Assembly (NCBI GenBank): GCA_002269645.1 | Contig: NIVC01002153.1 | Location: 124,001-188,000 of the forward strand | Direction: 5' to 3' | DNA: 64,000 nucleotides | Origin: Macrostomum lignano | Taxonomy: Eukaryota | Shown here: in pieces, positions 12,551-24,159 of the stretch | How positions within the stretch are numbered: the stretch's first letter is position 1 | How the letters are laid out: the number at the start of each line of letters is the position of its first letter | Notes under the pieces: model-generated | Told to the model about the DNA's origin: nothing | The model's input: only the letters and a program-made list of their open reading frames with translations | The model's database searches: none | Program-made: the position numbers and the translations under genes

Positions 12551-12877
12551 GGAAGTGCGGAAGAGTTTTAACTATTTGTAGTGAGCTTAGTGAATAAACA
12601 GCTCTTATTATATATTTTCTACATTTAATTTTCTGTAACTTTTTTGTGACACTACTGGCAGTAGCACTTTAGACAAGCATATTAACTACAACCATTGATC
12701 GAAATGTCACTTCACGTTAATGTCCTCTGATTAATTACCGGTCATTAACTGTAAGACAAACGGCAATTTTAATTTAAAGGGCAAACCAGACAAACGAAGC
12801 AACAATTTATTTTTAATTTATTATGGTAAAGTCCTATCAAGTCATATTAAGCTTCATATCATTAGCTGTCTTATTTA

Positions 12878-13223
12878 TCAAACGAATTTGCATTCGGAGA
12901 AGGTGCAGTTGTTAAAGCTAAACTTCGCCGTCGCCAGATTTTCCTGATTAACGCCGGTGATTTGCATGTTTGACACCACATTGACATCCAGCTCACTGGC
13001 CCCAGAATCGCTTGGTCCTACGTGTCCGGCCTGGTCACCTTTAACTTCTTCTTTAGTTTGCAGTGCCAATGCCGACGTCACAGCATAGCTGCTCGCTTGC
13101 AGAGATCGGTCCCGACGTTTTGTAAGGTACCTGCGTGCCGTTCGTTCAGATGTCTGGCCGGTGATGGACATAATGTCGGCCATGCTATGTCCAGCGGCCT
13201 CTAGATCCGTAATCCTGGTTACC
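12878..13223 (-). CDS. Terminal exon of a Crypton/DUF3504-like tyrosine-recombinase-fold protein (upstream exons not found)
   Basis: After ttttcttag| (phase 2): VTRITDLEAAGHSMADIMSITGQTSERTARRY...FSFNNCTF*. This fits the YR C-terminal pattern (HSLR)xTxITxLxxAG...IMxxTGHxSxxxLxxY and the FxFxNC tail typical of Crypton-derived proteins. Confidence 0.55.
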
Positions 13224-13787
13224 CTAAGAAAATATGATTAATGATGATTACATTACATTACATTATTCGAGTGGCGAATTTGTTTCCAAAATACGAGTGG
13301 CGTTTCGAAGTTTGTTTCTGTAGGGTTTCAAATTAATCTGAGACGAACTTCGCAGGTCGGAAAGAAGAGATTTTAAGAATTTCGCTGTTCAAACTGTCAC
13401 AGATTAGCAATTGTTTTATAATCCGAAATTTGGCTAATCCGATTGAGCAGCAATCAGCTCAATCAGGCTAAGCATTCAGCACCCAGCGGGAAAATCCTTC
13501 CGGCCTTTAATTCTCAAATTGCCCATAATCTCGATAAAATCCTGCATATCTCGTTAAGTGCCGTAGGGATCAGGAAGGGATTAAGTAGGGAAATTTGACT
13601 ACTATGCTGTCAATTCAATTAGCTTCATCAGCGCGGCAGCTGAACGGTGGACAGTTATTAATTAGCGAAGTTCTTGCAATTAAATAAAATACAGAAATAT
13701 TCTTTTTTCGAAGAAGCCTCCTCAATAAGGTCAATGCGCTGGGACTCTGCAGGCTTCACATTTGCCTTTCTTTAGAAAAGTTCCCAA

Positions 13788-14228
13788 CTTGTGAAGCTTC
13801 GAACTTGTGAAGTTTAAAACTTGTGAAGCTTCGAATTTGTGAAGTTTAAAACTTGTGAAGCTTCGAATTTGTGAAGTTTTAAACTTGTGAAGCTTCGAAC
13901 TTGTGAAGTTTAAAACTTGTGAAGCTTCGAATTTGTGAAGTTTTAAACTTGTGAAGCTTCGAACTTGTGAAGTTTAAAACTTGTGAAGCTTCGAATTTGT
14001 GAAGTTTTAAACTTGTGAAGCTTCGAACTTGTGAAGCTTAAAACTTGTGAAGCTTCGAACTTGTGAAGTTTAAAACTTGCGAAGCTTCGAACTTGTAAAG
14101 TTTAAAACTTGCGAAGCTTCGAACTTGTAAAGTTTAAAACTTGTGAAGCTTCGAACTTGTGAAGTTTAAAACTTGTGAAGCTTCGAATTTGTGAAGTTTA
14201 AAACTTGTGAAGCTTCGAACTTGTGAAA
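13788..14228. repeat. Minisatellite, 32-bp unit CTTGTGAAGCTTCGAACTTGTGAAGTTTAAAA (dimer of 16-mers)
   Basis: About 13 tandem copies. Confidence 0.93.
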
Positions 14229-14399
14229 GTGACACACGTGGAGATGTAATAAGTTTTTCTAAGAATGAAATGTAAGATGGGTATTTTCATGTCCTCAAGT
14301 GAACTTCCATGCAGCAGATGTTTACATACGCTAAGAAATAGTAAGCTTTCACTGCACTACATATAGCTCATTTCTCAGAACAATAGATTTTTTTATCTA

Positions 14400-15373
14400 C
14401 GAGGGGTGCTCCGAAAGTCCTGAGACTTTTTGCCCTAGCAAACGAACACAGTCACTCGGAGTCTTCAAAATTGTCACACTTCTTGACGAAGTCCCCCCTT
14501 CAAGTCAACATATACTTCTTCCAACGCAGCACAAGCTTGCGAAGGCCGTCATCAAAGAAGCTTCTTGGTGTAGTCTCGAGCCACCTGTTCAGCGCACGTT
14601 TCACCAGGCTGGTGAAATGGTGACCATGGAGTGATTTTTTCATTGATCAGAAGAGGTGATAGTCGCTTGGTGCCAAATCTGGTGAATAGGCAGGGTGTGG
14701 AAGAACAGTTTGCCGACTGTGCTCACAGTGTGCCTGGCAGTGTGAGGCCTGGCATTGTCGTGCTGAAGGAGTGGCCGACTCGAAGATGGAGCATCACGGG
14801 CCTTGACTGGGTGACCTTCTGGCCTGCGCCACTCACGTGACTGGTCCTTGGTTTCTGGATTGTAGTATGGAAGCCAGGTCTCGTCCACAGTGATGATGCG
14901 TTGCCAGAATGCCTTGCCATGCTTCTCAACCAGAGTCAGCAGGTGGACGCCCAACAGCCGAGGCATCCATCTGGCTGACAGCTTGCACCGATGCCACAGA
15001 AGTCAGCGATCTTGCCAAGGACTCTTGGCCAGACTTGAAGCGATCCACCCACCTGTAAACAGTGGCTCATGATTCGGCATCGTCACCAAAGACAGCTTGC
15101 AGGCGGCGGGCGATTTCGGCTCTGGCTTCGTCCCTTCCTTCGAGAGGAAGAACGCGATGGCTCGTTGGGAATTTTTAGCAGTTTACATCTCGGCTGAAAA
15201 GGTAGCTTACGGAATTTAGCGTAGCTGGGCAGTCGCTGTTTCAAACTAGTTGAAAATTGATGCGAAGTACAATGGTATGTTGATGTACGAGCCTATAAGT
15301 GTGTAAAGTTTCAAAGCAATGACATGAAGCGCCTGAATTTTATGTTAAAAAGTCTCAGAACTTTCGGAACACC
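14400..15373 (-). mobile_element. Decayed mariner (DD34D) transposon, internally deleted
   Basis: TA|CGAGGGGTGCTCCGAAAGTCCTGAGACTTTT left TIR; right TIR AAAAGTCTCAGAACTTTCGGAACACC (2 mismatches, outer ~7 nt lost). Minus-strand motifs WMPRLL, IITVDETW, LLQHDNARPHTA and YSPDLAPSDYHLF, with frameshifts and a stop. Confidence 0.9.
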
Positions 15374-15492
15374 ATGATTTCAGAATTCCTTGATGCAAGC
15401 CTATTATCCAAGCATTTTTCCATGCAGTGCTCCGACAGAGCCTGTCCAATAACAGCGGCCGAAGCTATCGGGAAAATTGCCTGCTACGAGCG

Positions 15493-15511
15493 TATATAAA
15501 CTGTATATAAA
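15493..15511 (+). promoter_or_regulatory. Tandem TATA boxes upstream of the neuropeptide gene
   Basis: TATATAAA twice, about 100 nt before ATG 15610. Confidence 0.4.
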
Positions 15512-15609
15512 CTGCCCAGCAACTGACGCGGAACCGGGTCCCGCTTTGCAGACCATTGCGAAAGGAAAGTCTCATCCCCATAACCTTGAATTGAACGGCC
15601 ATAGAGAAA

Positions 15610-15933
15610 ATGGGAGTTGTTTCCAGATCTGTCCGGCTATTTCTGCTTTTAGCTTTAGTCGGCGTCTTCGCGGATGCTGCTGTCGCACCTTCGGCTGGCT
15701 CTAAACTGCTTGAGCAGTGCTGGCGACCCAATATGAGACATCGTTCACCGGCCGAGTTCAGAGACTGCGCAATCCGGATGCTGCTGAGCCACCGTCAGCG
15801 TCGCGGCAGCTTCACTTTTGTCTCTCCGCTGCTCCGCAACCTGCACCACGTGCGCCTGCAGCCTGAGCAGCCTCAGAACTACGGAACTGGCAGCAGCTCA
15901 GCCTATGGACCCAATGTGATGCGGTTCGGCTGA
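15610..15933 (+). CDS. Secreted RFamide neuropeptide precursor, single exon, 107 aa
   Basis: Hydrophobic signal peptide (LFLLLALVGVFADA), a Cys-pair propeptide, dibasic RR site, and C-terminus ...AYGPNVMRFG-stop (Gly amide donor). Confidence 0.8.
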   Translation: MGVVSRSVRLFLLLALVGVFADAAVAPSAGSKLLEQCWRPNMRHRSPAEFRDCAIRMLLSHRQRRGSFTFVSPLLRNLHHVRLQPEQPQNYGTGSSSAYGPNVMRFG

Positions 15934-16189
15934 TCAAACAAGCAGCGATTGTGGGAAACATGTTTCAGAGACTAAAACTTTTTGAAACTCGACCAGAAAC
16001 TGACCCCCCCCCTCAGAAACTTGTAGCCACTCTGAATGAGAATCTCAATGTGTTAAAATTTCGAGACCCACACAGCCGATGTCTCAGATCTACATGGTTG
16101 GCTCTTGATGAAATAAATTGTTAAAGAAAAGCCTATTGCCGATTTCAATTTAACTGTTGAACTGTTAATTGATCATTTCTGTATCAATT

Positions 16190-17140
16190 CCTGTCTGTCT
16201 TAGTGTCTTTCTGTCTGTCTCAGTGTCTGTCTCAGTGTCTGTCTCAGTGTCTGTCTTAGTGTCTGTCTCAGTGTCTGTCTCAGTGTCTGTCTTAGTGTCT
16301 GTCTCAGTGTCTGTCTCTGTGTCTGTATCAGTGTCTGTATCAGTGTCTGTCTCAGTGTCTGTCTCAGTGTCTGTATCAGTGTATTTGTGTCTGCCTTAGT
16401 GTCTGTCTCAGTGTCTGTCTCAGTGTCTGTCTTAGTGTCTGTCTCAGTGTCTGTCTCTGTGTCTGTATCAGTGTCTGTCTCAGTGTCTGTCTCAGTGTCT
16501 GTCTCAGTGTATTTGTGTCTGCCTTAGTGTCTTCCTCAGTGTCTGTCTCAGTGTCTGTCTCAGTGTCTGTCTCAGTGTCTTCCTCAGTGTCTGTCTCAGT
16601 GTCTGTCTCTGTGTCTGTCTCAGTGTCTGTCTCTGTGTCTGTCTCAGTGTCTTCCTCAGTGTCTGTCTCAGTTTCTGTCTCAGTGTCTGTCTCAGTGTCT
16701 GTCTCTGTGTCTGTATCAGTGTCTGTCTCAGTGTCTTCCTCAGTGTCTGTCTCAGTTTCTGTCTCAGTGTCTGTCTCAGTGTCTGTCTCAGTGTCTGTCT
16801 TAGTGTCTGTCTCAGTGTCTGTCTCAGTGTCTGTCTCAGTGTCTGTCTCAGTGTCTGTCTCAGTGTCTGTCTTAGTGCATTTGTGTCTGCCTTAGTGTCT
16901 GTCTCAGTGTCTGTCTTAGTGTATTTGTGTCTGCCTTAGTGTCTGTCTCAGTGTCTGTCTCAGTGTCTGTCTCAGTGTCTGTCTCAGTGTCTGTCTCAGT
17001 GTCTGCCTCAGTGTCTGTCTCAGCGTCTGTCTCAGTGTCTATCTCAGTGTCTTTTTCAGTGTCTGCCTCAGTGTCTGTCTCAGTGTCTGTCTCAGTGTCT
17101 GCTTCAGTGTCTGTCTCAGTGTCTGCTTTAGTGTCTGTCT
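16190..17140. repeat. Minisatellite, 12-bp unit TCTCAGTGTCTG (reverse complement of the 10.7-kb array)
   Basis: Tandem copies in higher-order blocks. Confidence 0.95.
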
Positions 17141-17579
17141 GTCTTCCTATCCTAGTGTGTAATTTTGAACAGCCCATGATGGCAAATAGTATTTCATCAG
17201 GCCATTTCATCAGGCCAGAACTATGTGTAGGCTATCATGACTATCTGACCTGCCTGAATGAAGCCGACAGCAGTGCAGACGCTAACCCTATGAGCAGTTG
17301 AACTTCGAACTACTCAGGCTGGTGAGCGTGTACTTCTAGTTGGGGATATTTGTTTAAACTGTAGCAATATCCTGGATAATCTTTTGTTAACTAAAGAACA
17401 AACACGACGTAAGTAAAGCGACATCAGGATGGGACCTACATCAGAATAAGAGTGCATCCTTTTCTTATCCGAGATGAATGTACTTTGTGATACTGGAGAT
17501 TTTGGCATCCTTTAAACTGTTGCTGTTTTTTAGATTACCTTCAATTACGTTATATTGAAAATGAGCTTTGTACTACTCT

Positions 17580-18180
17580 TGAGAATATCACACCTGAGAA
17601 TATCACACCTGGGAATATCACACCTGAGAATATCACACCTGGGAATATCACGCCTGAGAATGTCACACCTAAGAATATCACACCTGAGAATATCACACCT
17701 GAGAATATCTCTCCAAGAATATCACACCTGAGAATATCTCACCTGAGAATATCACACATGAGAGTATCACACCTGAGAATATCTCACCTGAGAATATCAC
17801 ACCTGAGAATATCTCACCTGAGAATATCACACCTAAGAATATCACACCTGAGAATATCACACCTGAGAATATCTTACCTGAGAATATCACACCTGAGAAT
17901 ATCACACCTAAGAATATCACACCTGAGAATATCACACCTGAGAATATCACACCTGAGAATATTACACATGAGAGTATCACACCTGAGAATATCACACCTG
18001 AGAATATTACACATGAGAATATCACACCTGAGAATATCACACCTGAGAATATCACACCTGAGAATATCTTACCTGAGAATATCACACCTGAGAATATCAC
18101 ACCTGAGAATATCACACCTGAGAATATCACACCTGAGAATATCACACCTGAGAATATTACACATGAGAGTATCACACCTG
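17580..18180. repeat. Minisatellite, 15-bp unit GAGAATATCACACCT
   Basis: About 40 tandem copies; gives the RISHL/VIFSG ORFs. Confidence 0.95.
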
Positions 18181-18646
18181 AAAATTTACACACCAGATAT
18201 TTTTACTTTTTGTGATAAAAAATATTTAACAAAACTGACGCTAGCGGTGCCGTCAGGTGTGAACTTGACTAAACAAACTGTTCAGTAACATAATAAAAGT
18301 AACATAATTTGGTGAGGTTAATAAAATAAATTTTAGCGATAGCGAAACGCTACCACCCCAACCACAACAAGTTGGGCGCGGCCTGTCTGCTCACTCACAG
18401 GTGCTAAAATCATTGCAATTATAAAGTAGAGCTATTTCAAACACGTTTTATTGATAATTAACTGGGCTAAATTGAGCCTAATTGCCTCGTGCACTGAAAA
18501 CCTGGCGCGGCTAATTGACGCCCCAGGAGGGCCCACCAAACTCCCCCACCCCATAAGCCCCACAAACTGCGACTTTTTCTGATTGGTCAATTAATTAATT
18601 AATTATATAAAGTCTGACGCAATCGTGCACCTGTTTTGCAACAGCA

Positions 18647-18652
18647 TATAAA
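18647..18652 (+). promoter_or_regulatory. Putative TATA box of lysozyme 1
   Basis: CATATAAA 100 nt before ATG; lysozyme 2 has the same motif at 24078-24083, 82 nt before its ATG. Confidence 0.4.
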
Positions 18653-18746
18653 CTGGATGCGTTGCATCAGATCTGACAGACAATTTCTACTAATTTGACT
18701 GTAGATCGATTTCAATCAGTCCAAAAAGACGAAGTCGCTACTCGGC

Positions 18747-20690
18747 ATGTCTTGTCTCGCACGCAAGGTTCTATTGGTCTCTGCTCTGCTGAGCGCTTGT
18801 GTGGTCAACAGGTTTGCTTTTGGTAAGAGCTCGGTTCTCTTTTGTGCGTTACTCGGAGTAGCTGAAAGTGGCAACTGGAAATAAGTGCGAGTAGATGGGG
18901 TCGAGAGGGAGAATAGAGTAGATACGAGAGTGGATTGAAAGTAGATACGAGATTCTTGAGAGTAGATACAAGTGGGTTGAGAGTAGATACGAGAGGGTTA
19001 AGAGTAGATACGAGAGGGTTAAGAGTAGATGCGAGTGGGTTGAGAGTAGATATGAGAGGGACTGTGGAGAGTAGATAAGAAAGGGAATGGTGAGATTAGA
19101 TGCGAGAGGGAATGGTGAGATTAGATGCGAGAGGGAATGGTGAGATTAGATGCGAGAGGGAATGGTGATATTAGATGCGAGAGGGAATGGTGATATTAGA
19201 TGCGAGAGGGAATGGTGATATTAGATGCGAGAGGAATTGATGAGATAAGATGCGGGAGAGATGCGAACACAACCATCACACCCACACCCCAACTCTGCAG
19301 GCCTACCAGACCTGCCTAACAAATTTTTCGACTGCATCTGCGAGGTGGAATCGAACTGCAACCCAAGAATTGGCTGCGTTAACGACCCCGCGACCCTGTC
19401 CTGCGGACCGTACCAGATCAAGGAGGCTTACTGGCAGGATGCTTCAGAGTTTGCCAAAGAGTCCATCGGTGGAAGTGAGTATTTGTCATATTTAGCTGTT
19501 TTGTTGGGACATTGTGCTGTCAATAAGTGATGTTCCTCTGTGGTGAGTGATGGTTCACCCCTGATGTGAGTGATGCTTCACCCCTGATGTGAGTGATGGT
19601 TCACCCCTGATGCGAGTGATGCTTCACACCTGATGTGAGTGATGCTTCACCCCTGATGCGAGTGATGCTTCACACCTTATGTGAGTGATGCTTCACACCT
19701 GATGTGAGTGATGCTTCACACCTGATGTGAGTGATGCTTCACCCCTGATGCGAGTGATGCTTCACACCTGATGTGAGTGATGCTTCACCCCTGATGCGAG
19801 TGATGCTTCACACCTGATGTGAGTGATGGTTCACCCCTGATGTGAGTGATGCTTCACACCTGATGTGAGTGATGCTTCACACCTGATGTGAGTGATGCTT
19901 CACACCTGATGTGAGTGATGCTTCACACCTGATGTGAGTGATGCTTCACACCTGATGTGAGTGATGCTTCACACCTGATGTGAGTGATGCTTCACCCCTG
20001 ATGCGAGTGATGCTTCACACCTGATGTGAGTGATGCTTCACCCCTGATGCGAGTGATGCTTCACACCTGATGTGAGTGATGGTTCACCCCTGATGTGAGT
20101 GATGCTTCACACCTGATGTGAGTGATGCTTCACACCTGATGTGAGTGATGCTTCACACCTGATGTGAGTGATGCTTCACCCCTGATGCGAGTGATGCTTC
20201 ACACCTGATGTGAGTGATGGTTCACCCCTGATGTGAGTGATGCTTCACACCTGATGTGAGTGATGGTTCACCCCTGATGTGAGTGATGCTTCACACCTGA
20301 TGTGAGTGATGCTTCACACCTGATGTGAGTGATGCTTCACACCTGATGTGAGTGATGCTTCACACCTGCTTCGGCTCTTGACTCTTTCAGACTGGATGAA
20401 CTGCATCACCGGAGCTGACAACATGAGCTGCTCAAAGAAGGTCATGCTCAACTATTTCCAAAGATACGGCAGGTACTGCACAAATGGACGGGAGCCCACG
20501 ATTGAGGTGAGCATACTTTGTTTACGTAGATATTTGCTAATTGTTTGGATTATAGTTTATAGAAAACTGTAGAAATGACAAAATTGTGCCTCCACAGGAC
20601 TACGCCAGAATCCACAACGGAGGTCCGCAGGGCTGCAGACTGCAGCGCACCGTGAGCTACTGGGCCAAGGTGTCCCGCTGCCTGGGCTGA
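18747..20690 (+). CDS. Invertebrate (i-type) lysozyme / destabilase, copy 1, 4 exons, 152 aa
   Basis: Exons 18747-18822, 19301-19474, 20391-20506, 20598-20690 (phases 1,1,0; 459 nt). Signal peptide plus CICEVESNC...CVND...LSCGPYQIKEAYWQD...DYARIHNGGPQGC, the i-type signature. Confidence 0.95.
18890..19260. repeat. Intron-1 repeats of lysozyme 1 (21-bp GAGTAGATACGAGAGGGTTAA and 25-bp GATTAGATGCGAGAGGGAATGGTGA)
   Basis: Two adjacent tandem arrays. Confidence 0.85.
19550..20367. repeat. Intron-2 minisatellite of lysozyme 1, 23-bp unit GATGTGAGTGATGCTTCACACCT
   Basis: About 35 near-identical copies. Confidence 0.95.
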
Positions 20691-20949
20691 AGTATCGCGA
20701 CGTGGACTTTGAGAAAATTTAAACAATTTTTATTGGCCTTGCCACTCTTGACTGCAGTCATTCTTTGCTAGTGAATAGTATGGTTTTAATTAATTTGTTT
20801 TATTACTGCATGCAGGTGGACTACCAAATATATTCGACAGAATTACTCGTACATAGACGCCAACAATAGTGCATCAAATTTAGCTCGTATAAAGCCAATA
20901 TTCGACTTGTTCTACTTTAAGTAAGCTAGAATAGACCTAGAAACTGTAG

Positions 20950-21168
20950 ACTGGCCCAGCAACTAAGGATCTGGGAGGCTGGCCCAGCAACTGAGGATCT
21001 GGGAGGCTGGTGAACCAGCAACTGAGGATCTGGGAGGCTGGTGAACCAGCGACTGAGGATCTGGGAGGCTGGTGAACCAGCGACTGAGGATCTGGGAGGC
21101 TGGTGAACCAGCAACTGAGGATCTGGGAGGCTGGTGAACCAGCGACTGAGGATCTGGGAGGCTGGCCC
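20950..21168. repeat. 28/31-bp minisatellite GCTGG(CC/TGAA)CCAGCAACTGAGGATCTGGGAG
   Basis: About 7 copies; the same family occurs at 25.2 kb and 53.9 kb. Confidence 0.9.
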
Positions 21169-21169
21169 A

Positions 21170-21434
21170 GAAACTCCGAGTATATCTCCGAGGCTTCATA
21201 TTTCGGACACTTCATACCTCCGACACTTCATATCTCCGACACTTCATATCTCCGACACTTCATATTTCGGACACTTCATACATGCATCTCTGACACTTCA
21301 TATCTCCGACACTTCATACCTCCGACACTTCATAGCTCCGACACTTCATATCTCCGACACTTCATAGCTCCGACACTTCATATCTCCGACACTTCATAGC
21401 TCCGACACTTCATATCTCCGAGGCTTCATATTTC
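21170..21434. repeat. 16-bp minisatellite CTCCGACACTTCATAT, left half
   Basis: Continues at 23404 after the LINE insertion. Confidence 0.92.
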
Positions 21435-23403
21435 AACAACAACAACAACAGAGTACGCTGCCGGTTCGCAAAAGCGCAAAAGCAGCGTCAGATGGCGCAC
21501 TTCGAAGCTTGGGCGCGAACAAAGGCCGCACCGCCGGCAGAGTCCGGGGCGCCGGCGTCAGCCAGCAGACAGTCGACGTAGCGCCGAGTCCTCGCCTGTC
21601 CCCGCCGGTAGGGTGCCTGCAACGTAAGTATTCATAGCAGCACCTCCTTCACCGGCTCCGGACAGTAGGCCTCGGCGCGGATGACGTGGCCTGCCAGCTG
21701 GAGTCGCCGACGGCGCAGCAGATCGCTAGGACGGGCCAGGCCGGCGCGATGATAGAGCGCCGTGTTGGTGACTCGCTCGTTGCCGATCTTGAAGGCGGCG
21801 CGCAGCAGGCCAGCGTGCGCCGCGTCGACTTGAGCCTCGAGCGAGTCTGTCAGCGTCCAGGTCTCGGCGTTGTATAACAGGACGGTTTCGATCACCGCCT
21901 GGAACAGCGCCGCCCTCTGGCGGTCCGGTAAGGCCTCGGACTGCAGGACTGACCTTATAGAACGAAAGGCAGCCCAGGCAAGTCCTCGGCGACGCCGCAG
22001 ATCCTCGCGAACGTCGGGAACCAGACCGCCGAGGTAGACGAACTGCTGACATCTTGGAAGCTCACTCGCCTGTCCGTCAGCGCCTCGGCAGAAGATTGCA
22101 GCCTCGGCGTCGTCCGGCACGCATAGCACGACGGTCTTCTGCGTGTTGACCACCAGGCCGACGCTCGCCGCAACGGCAACCAGCCTATCCAGCTGTCGTT
22201 GGGCGCCCTCGACGGTCGAGGACAGCAGGGCGAGGTCATCGGCGTAGCCCCAAGCACGCTGAGCCGTCTCTCCGGTTGGCGTCGACCCACGCGTCGCCGC
22301 AGCAGGAAGCCGTCGTCGTTGGAAGGCAGAGCAGTCCGTAGCACCCAGTCAAGCACCAGAATAAATAGGAACGGCGCTAGCGTATCTCCCTGGAGCACCC
22401 CGGAGGATGTCTCGAAGAAATCCGATAGGCCGTCCGGTGTTGAGACAGCAGCCGTCGTGCCGTGGTACAGCGCCATGACAGCAGAAATCAGCAGCTCTGG
22501 CACGTTGTACGCACGGAGCACCTCTGGGAGCGCGTCCCTCAGGACCGAGTCGAAGGCCTTCCTGAAATCGACGAAGATCAGGATCAGGGTCAACTGGCGG
22601 ATGCGCGGCTCCTCGATGACTCGCCGAAGAGCCAGGATCTGCGTCACTGTGCCGCGATGGAGCCGGAATCCGTTCTGCTCAGGCCGCAGGTACGGGTCCA
22701 GCACAGGCTGTAGCCGCGATAGCAGCATGCGGTTGAACAGCTTCGCGGCGCAGGACTGTAGGCAGATGCCTCGATGCTCCTCGAGCTTGGTGGTGCCCGG
22801 CTTCTTTGGAATGGCGACGATGTGCGCCGTGGTCCATTCGTTTGGCGCCACCTCACCGGAAAGCACGCGGTTCATCACTCTGGCGACCTCAGTGGCCACG
22901 CAGTAGCGTAGCGTTCCAGCCGCGCGCGTTCCGCCGCCTCTGCTTGCAGCCCACGAAGGTCGCGAGCCTGCCCGGTGACTTGCGGAATCTGGTGTTGGCC
23001 GACACCATGTCCTGTCTCTCCAGGAAGTCCTCTAGCGCTCCGAGCGTTCAGGTCTCCGAGAATGACCTCCGTGTCACGTTGCGCCATCTCCTCCACCCGC
23101 ACCGAGAGTTGCTCGAAGAAGGCCTGAGCCTCATCGGAGCGGGTAGCAGGCGGCGCGTACGCGCAGAACAGGCGGGCGTTCTGGCCGCGAAGCCGGACGT
23201 CGACCCGAAGCAGCCGAGAAGACAGGGAGACGCAGCGACAGCTCTGCTGCAGCCTCGGTCCGATCAGCGCTCCAACTCCTCCACGGCCTCGCTCATCCGC
23301 TGAGGTGTACCAGAGTGTCCAACCGGCGCCCAGGTCCTCACAGTGAAGTCCGGGGTCGGCTCTGATAGACACCTCCTGTAGTGCGATGACATCACTGCTG
23401 ATG
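21435..23403 (-). mobile_element. 5'-truncated, internally deleted RTE-type LINE (endonuclease + RT pseudogene)
   Basis: Endonuclease motifs DVIALQEV and VILGDLNAR; RT motifs EQNGFR, FVDFRKAFDSV, GVLQGDTLAPFLF and YADDLALL (frameshifted). (TTG)n 3' tail at 21435-21450; 9-bp TSD TCATATTTC at 21426-21434 and 23404-23412. Confidence 0.93.
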
Positions 23404-23757
23404 TCATATTTCGGACACTTCATACCTCCGACACTTCATATCTCCGACACTTCATATCTCCGACACTTCATACCTCCCACACTTCATATCTACGACACTT
23501 CATATCTCCGACACTTCATATCTCCGACACTTCATATATCCGACACTTCATACCTCCCACACTTCATATCTCCCACACTTCATATCTCCGACACTTCATA
23601 TCTCCGACACTTCATATCTCCGACACTTCATACCTCCGACACTTCATATCTCCGACACTTCATATCTCCGACACTTCATATCTCCGACACTTCATATCTC
23701 CGACACTTCATAACTCCGAGGCTTCATAACTCCGACAACCTTCATAACTCCGACACT
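23404..23757. repeat. 16-bp minisatellite CTCCGACACTTCATAT, right half
   Basis: Same unit as 21170-21434. Confidence 0.92.
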
Positions 23758-24159
23758 TTATGTCTGCATGTACACTTTCCGAGTCTTGGGGGCTTGGCCT
23801 CATGAAGGGGGGGGGTGAATCCGCATGTCAAGCCCCAAGTGAATATGGCCGCATTTTATCTGTTTATCGATTCGTTTGACTTGCAGTCACCATGCGTAGT
23901 CGTTAAAGTTACTATCGCGGATCAACGGCCAACTGGAAACTCGAAAACAAAACGTGCTGATAGCTTTCAGCTGTGTTCTAATTTCTGGCAATCTCTGCTT
24001 TTCCTGTGGACTTCTTATCAACTCTTACCTTGGTGACCAAGCATAAACAGAAAATATGTTGATTTCCTCCGGTTGCATATAAATAGTTTCAACATCAAAT
24101 TAACGGATTGATCGAAAATTACACATTTTCACAACCTAAATCGGAAGAAACGAATTCCA

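Noticed and set aside
17150-17510. Short ORFs on both strands as the missing upstream exon of the recombinase-like gene
   Set aside because: Minus-strand KYTLTSL is suggestive, but it is preceded by a stop and lacks a GT donor in the required phase.
19550-20367. Tandem arrays as CRISPR arrays
   Set aside because: Head-to-tail units with no unique spacers, no cas genes, and a eukaryotic intronic context.
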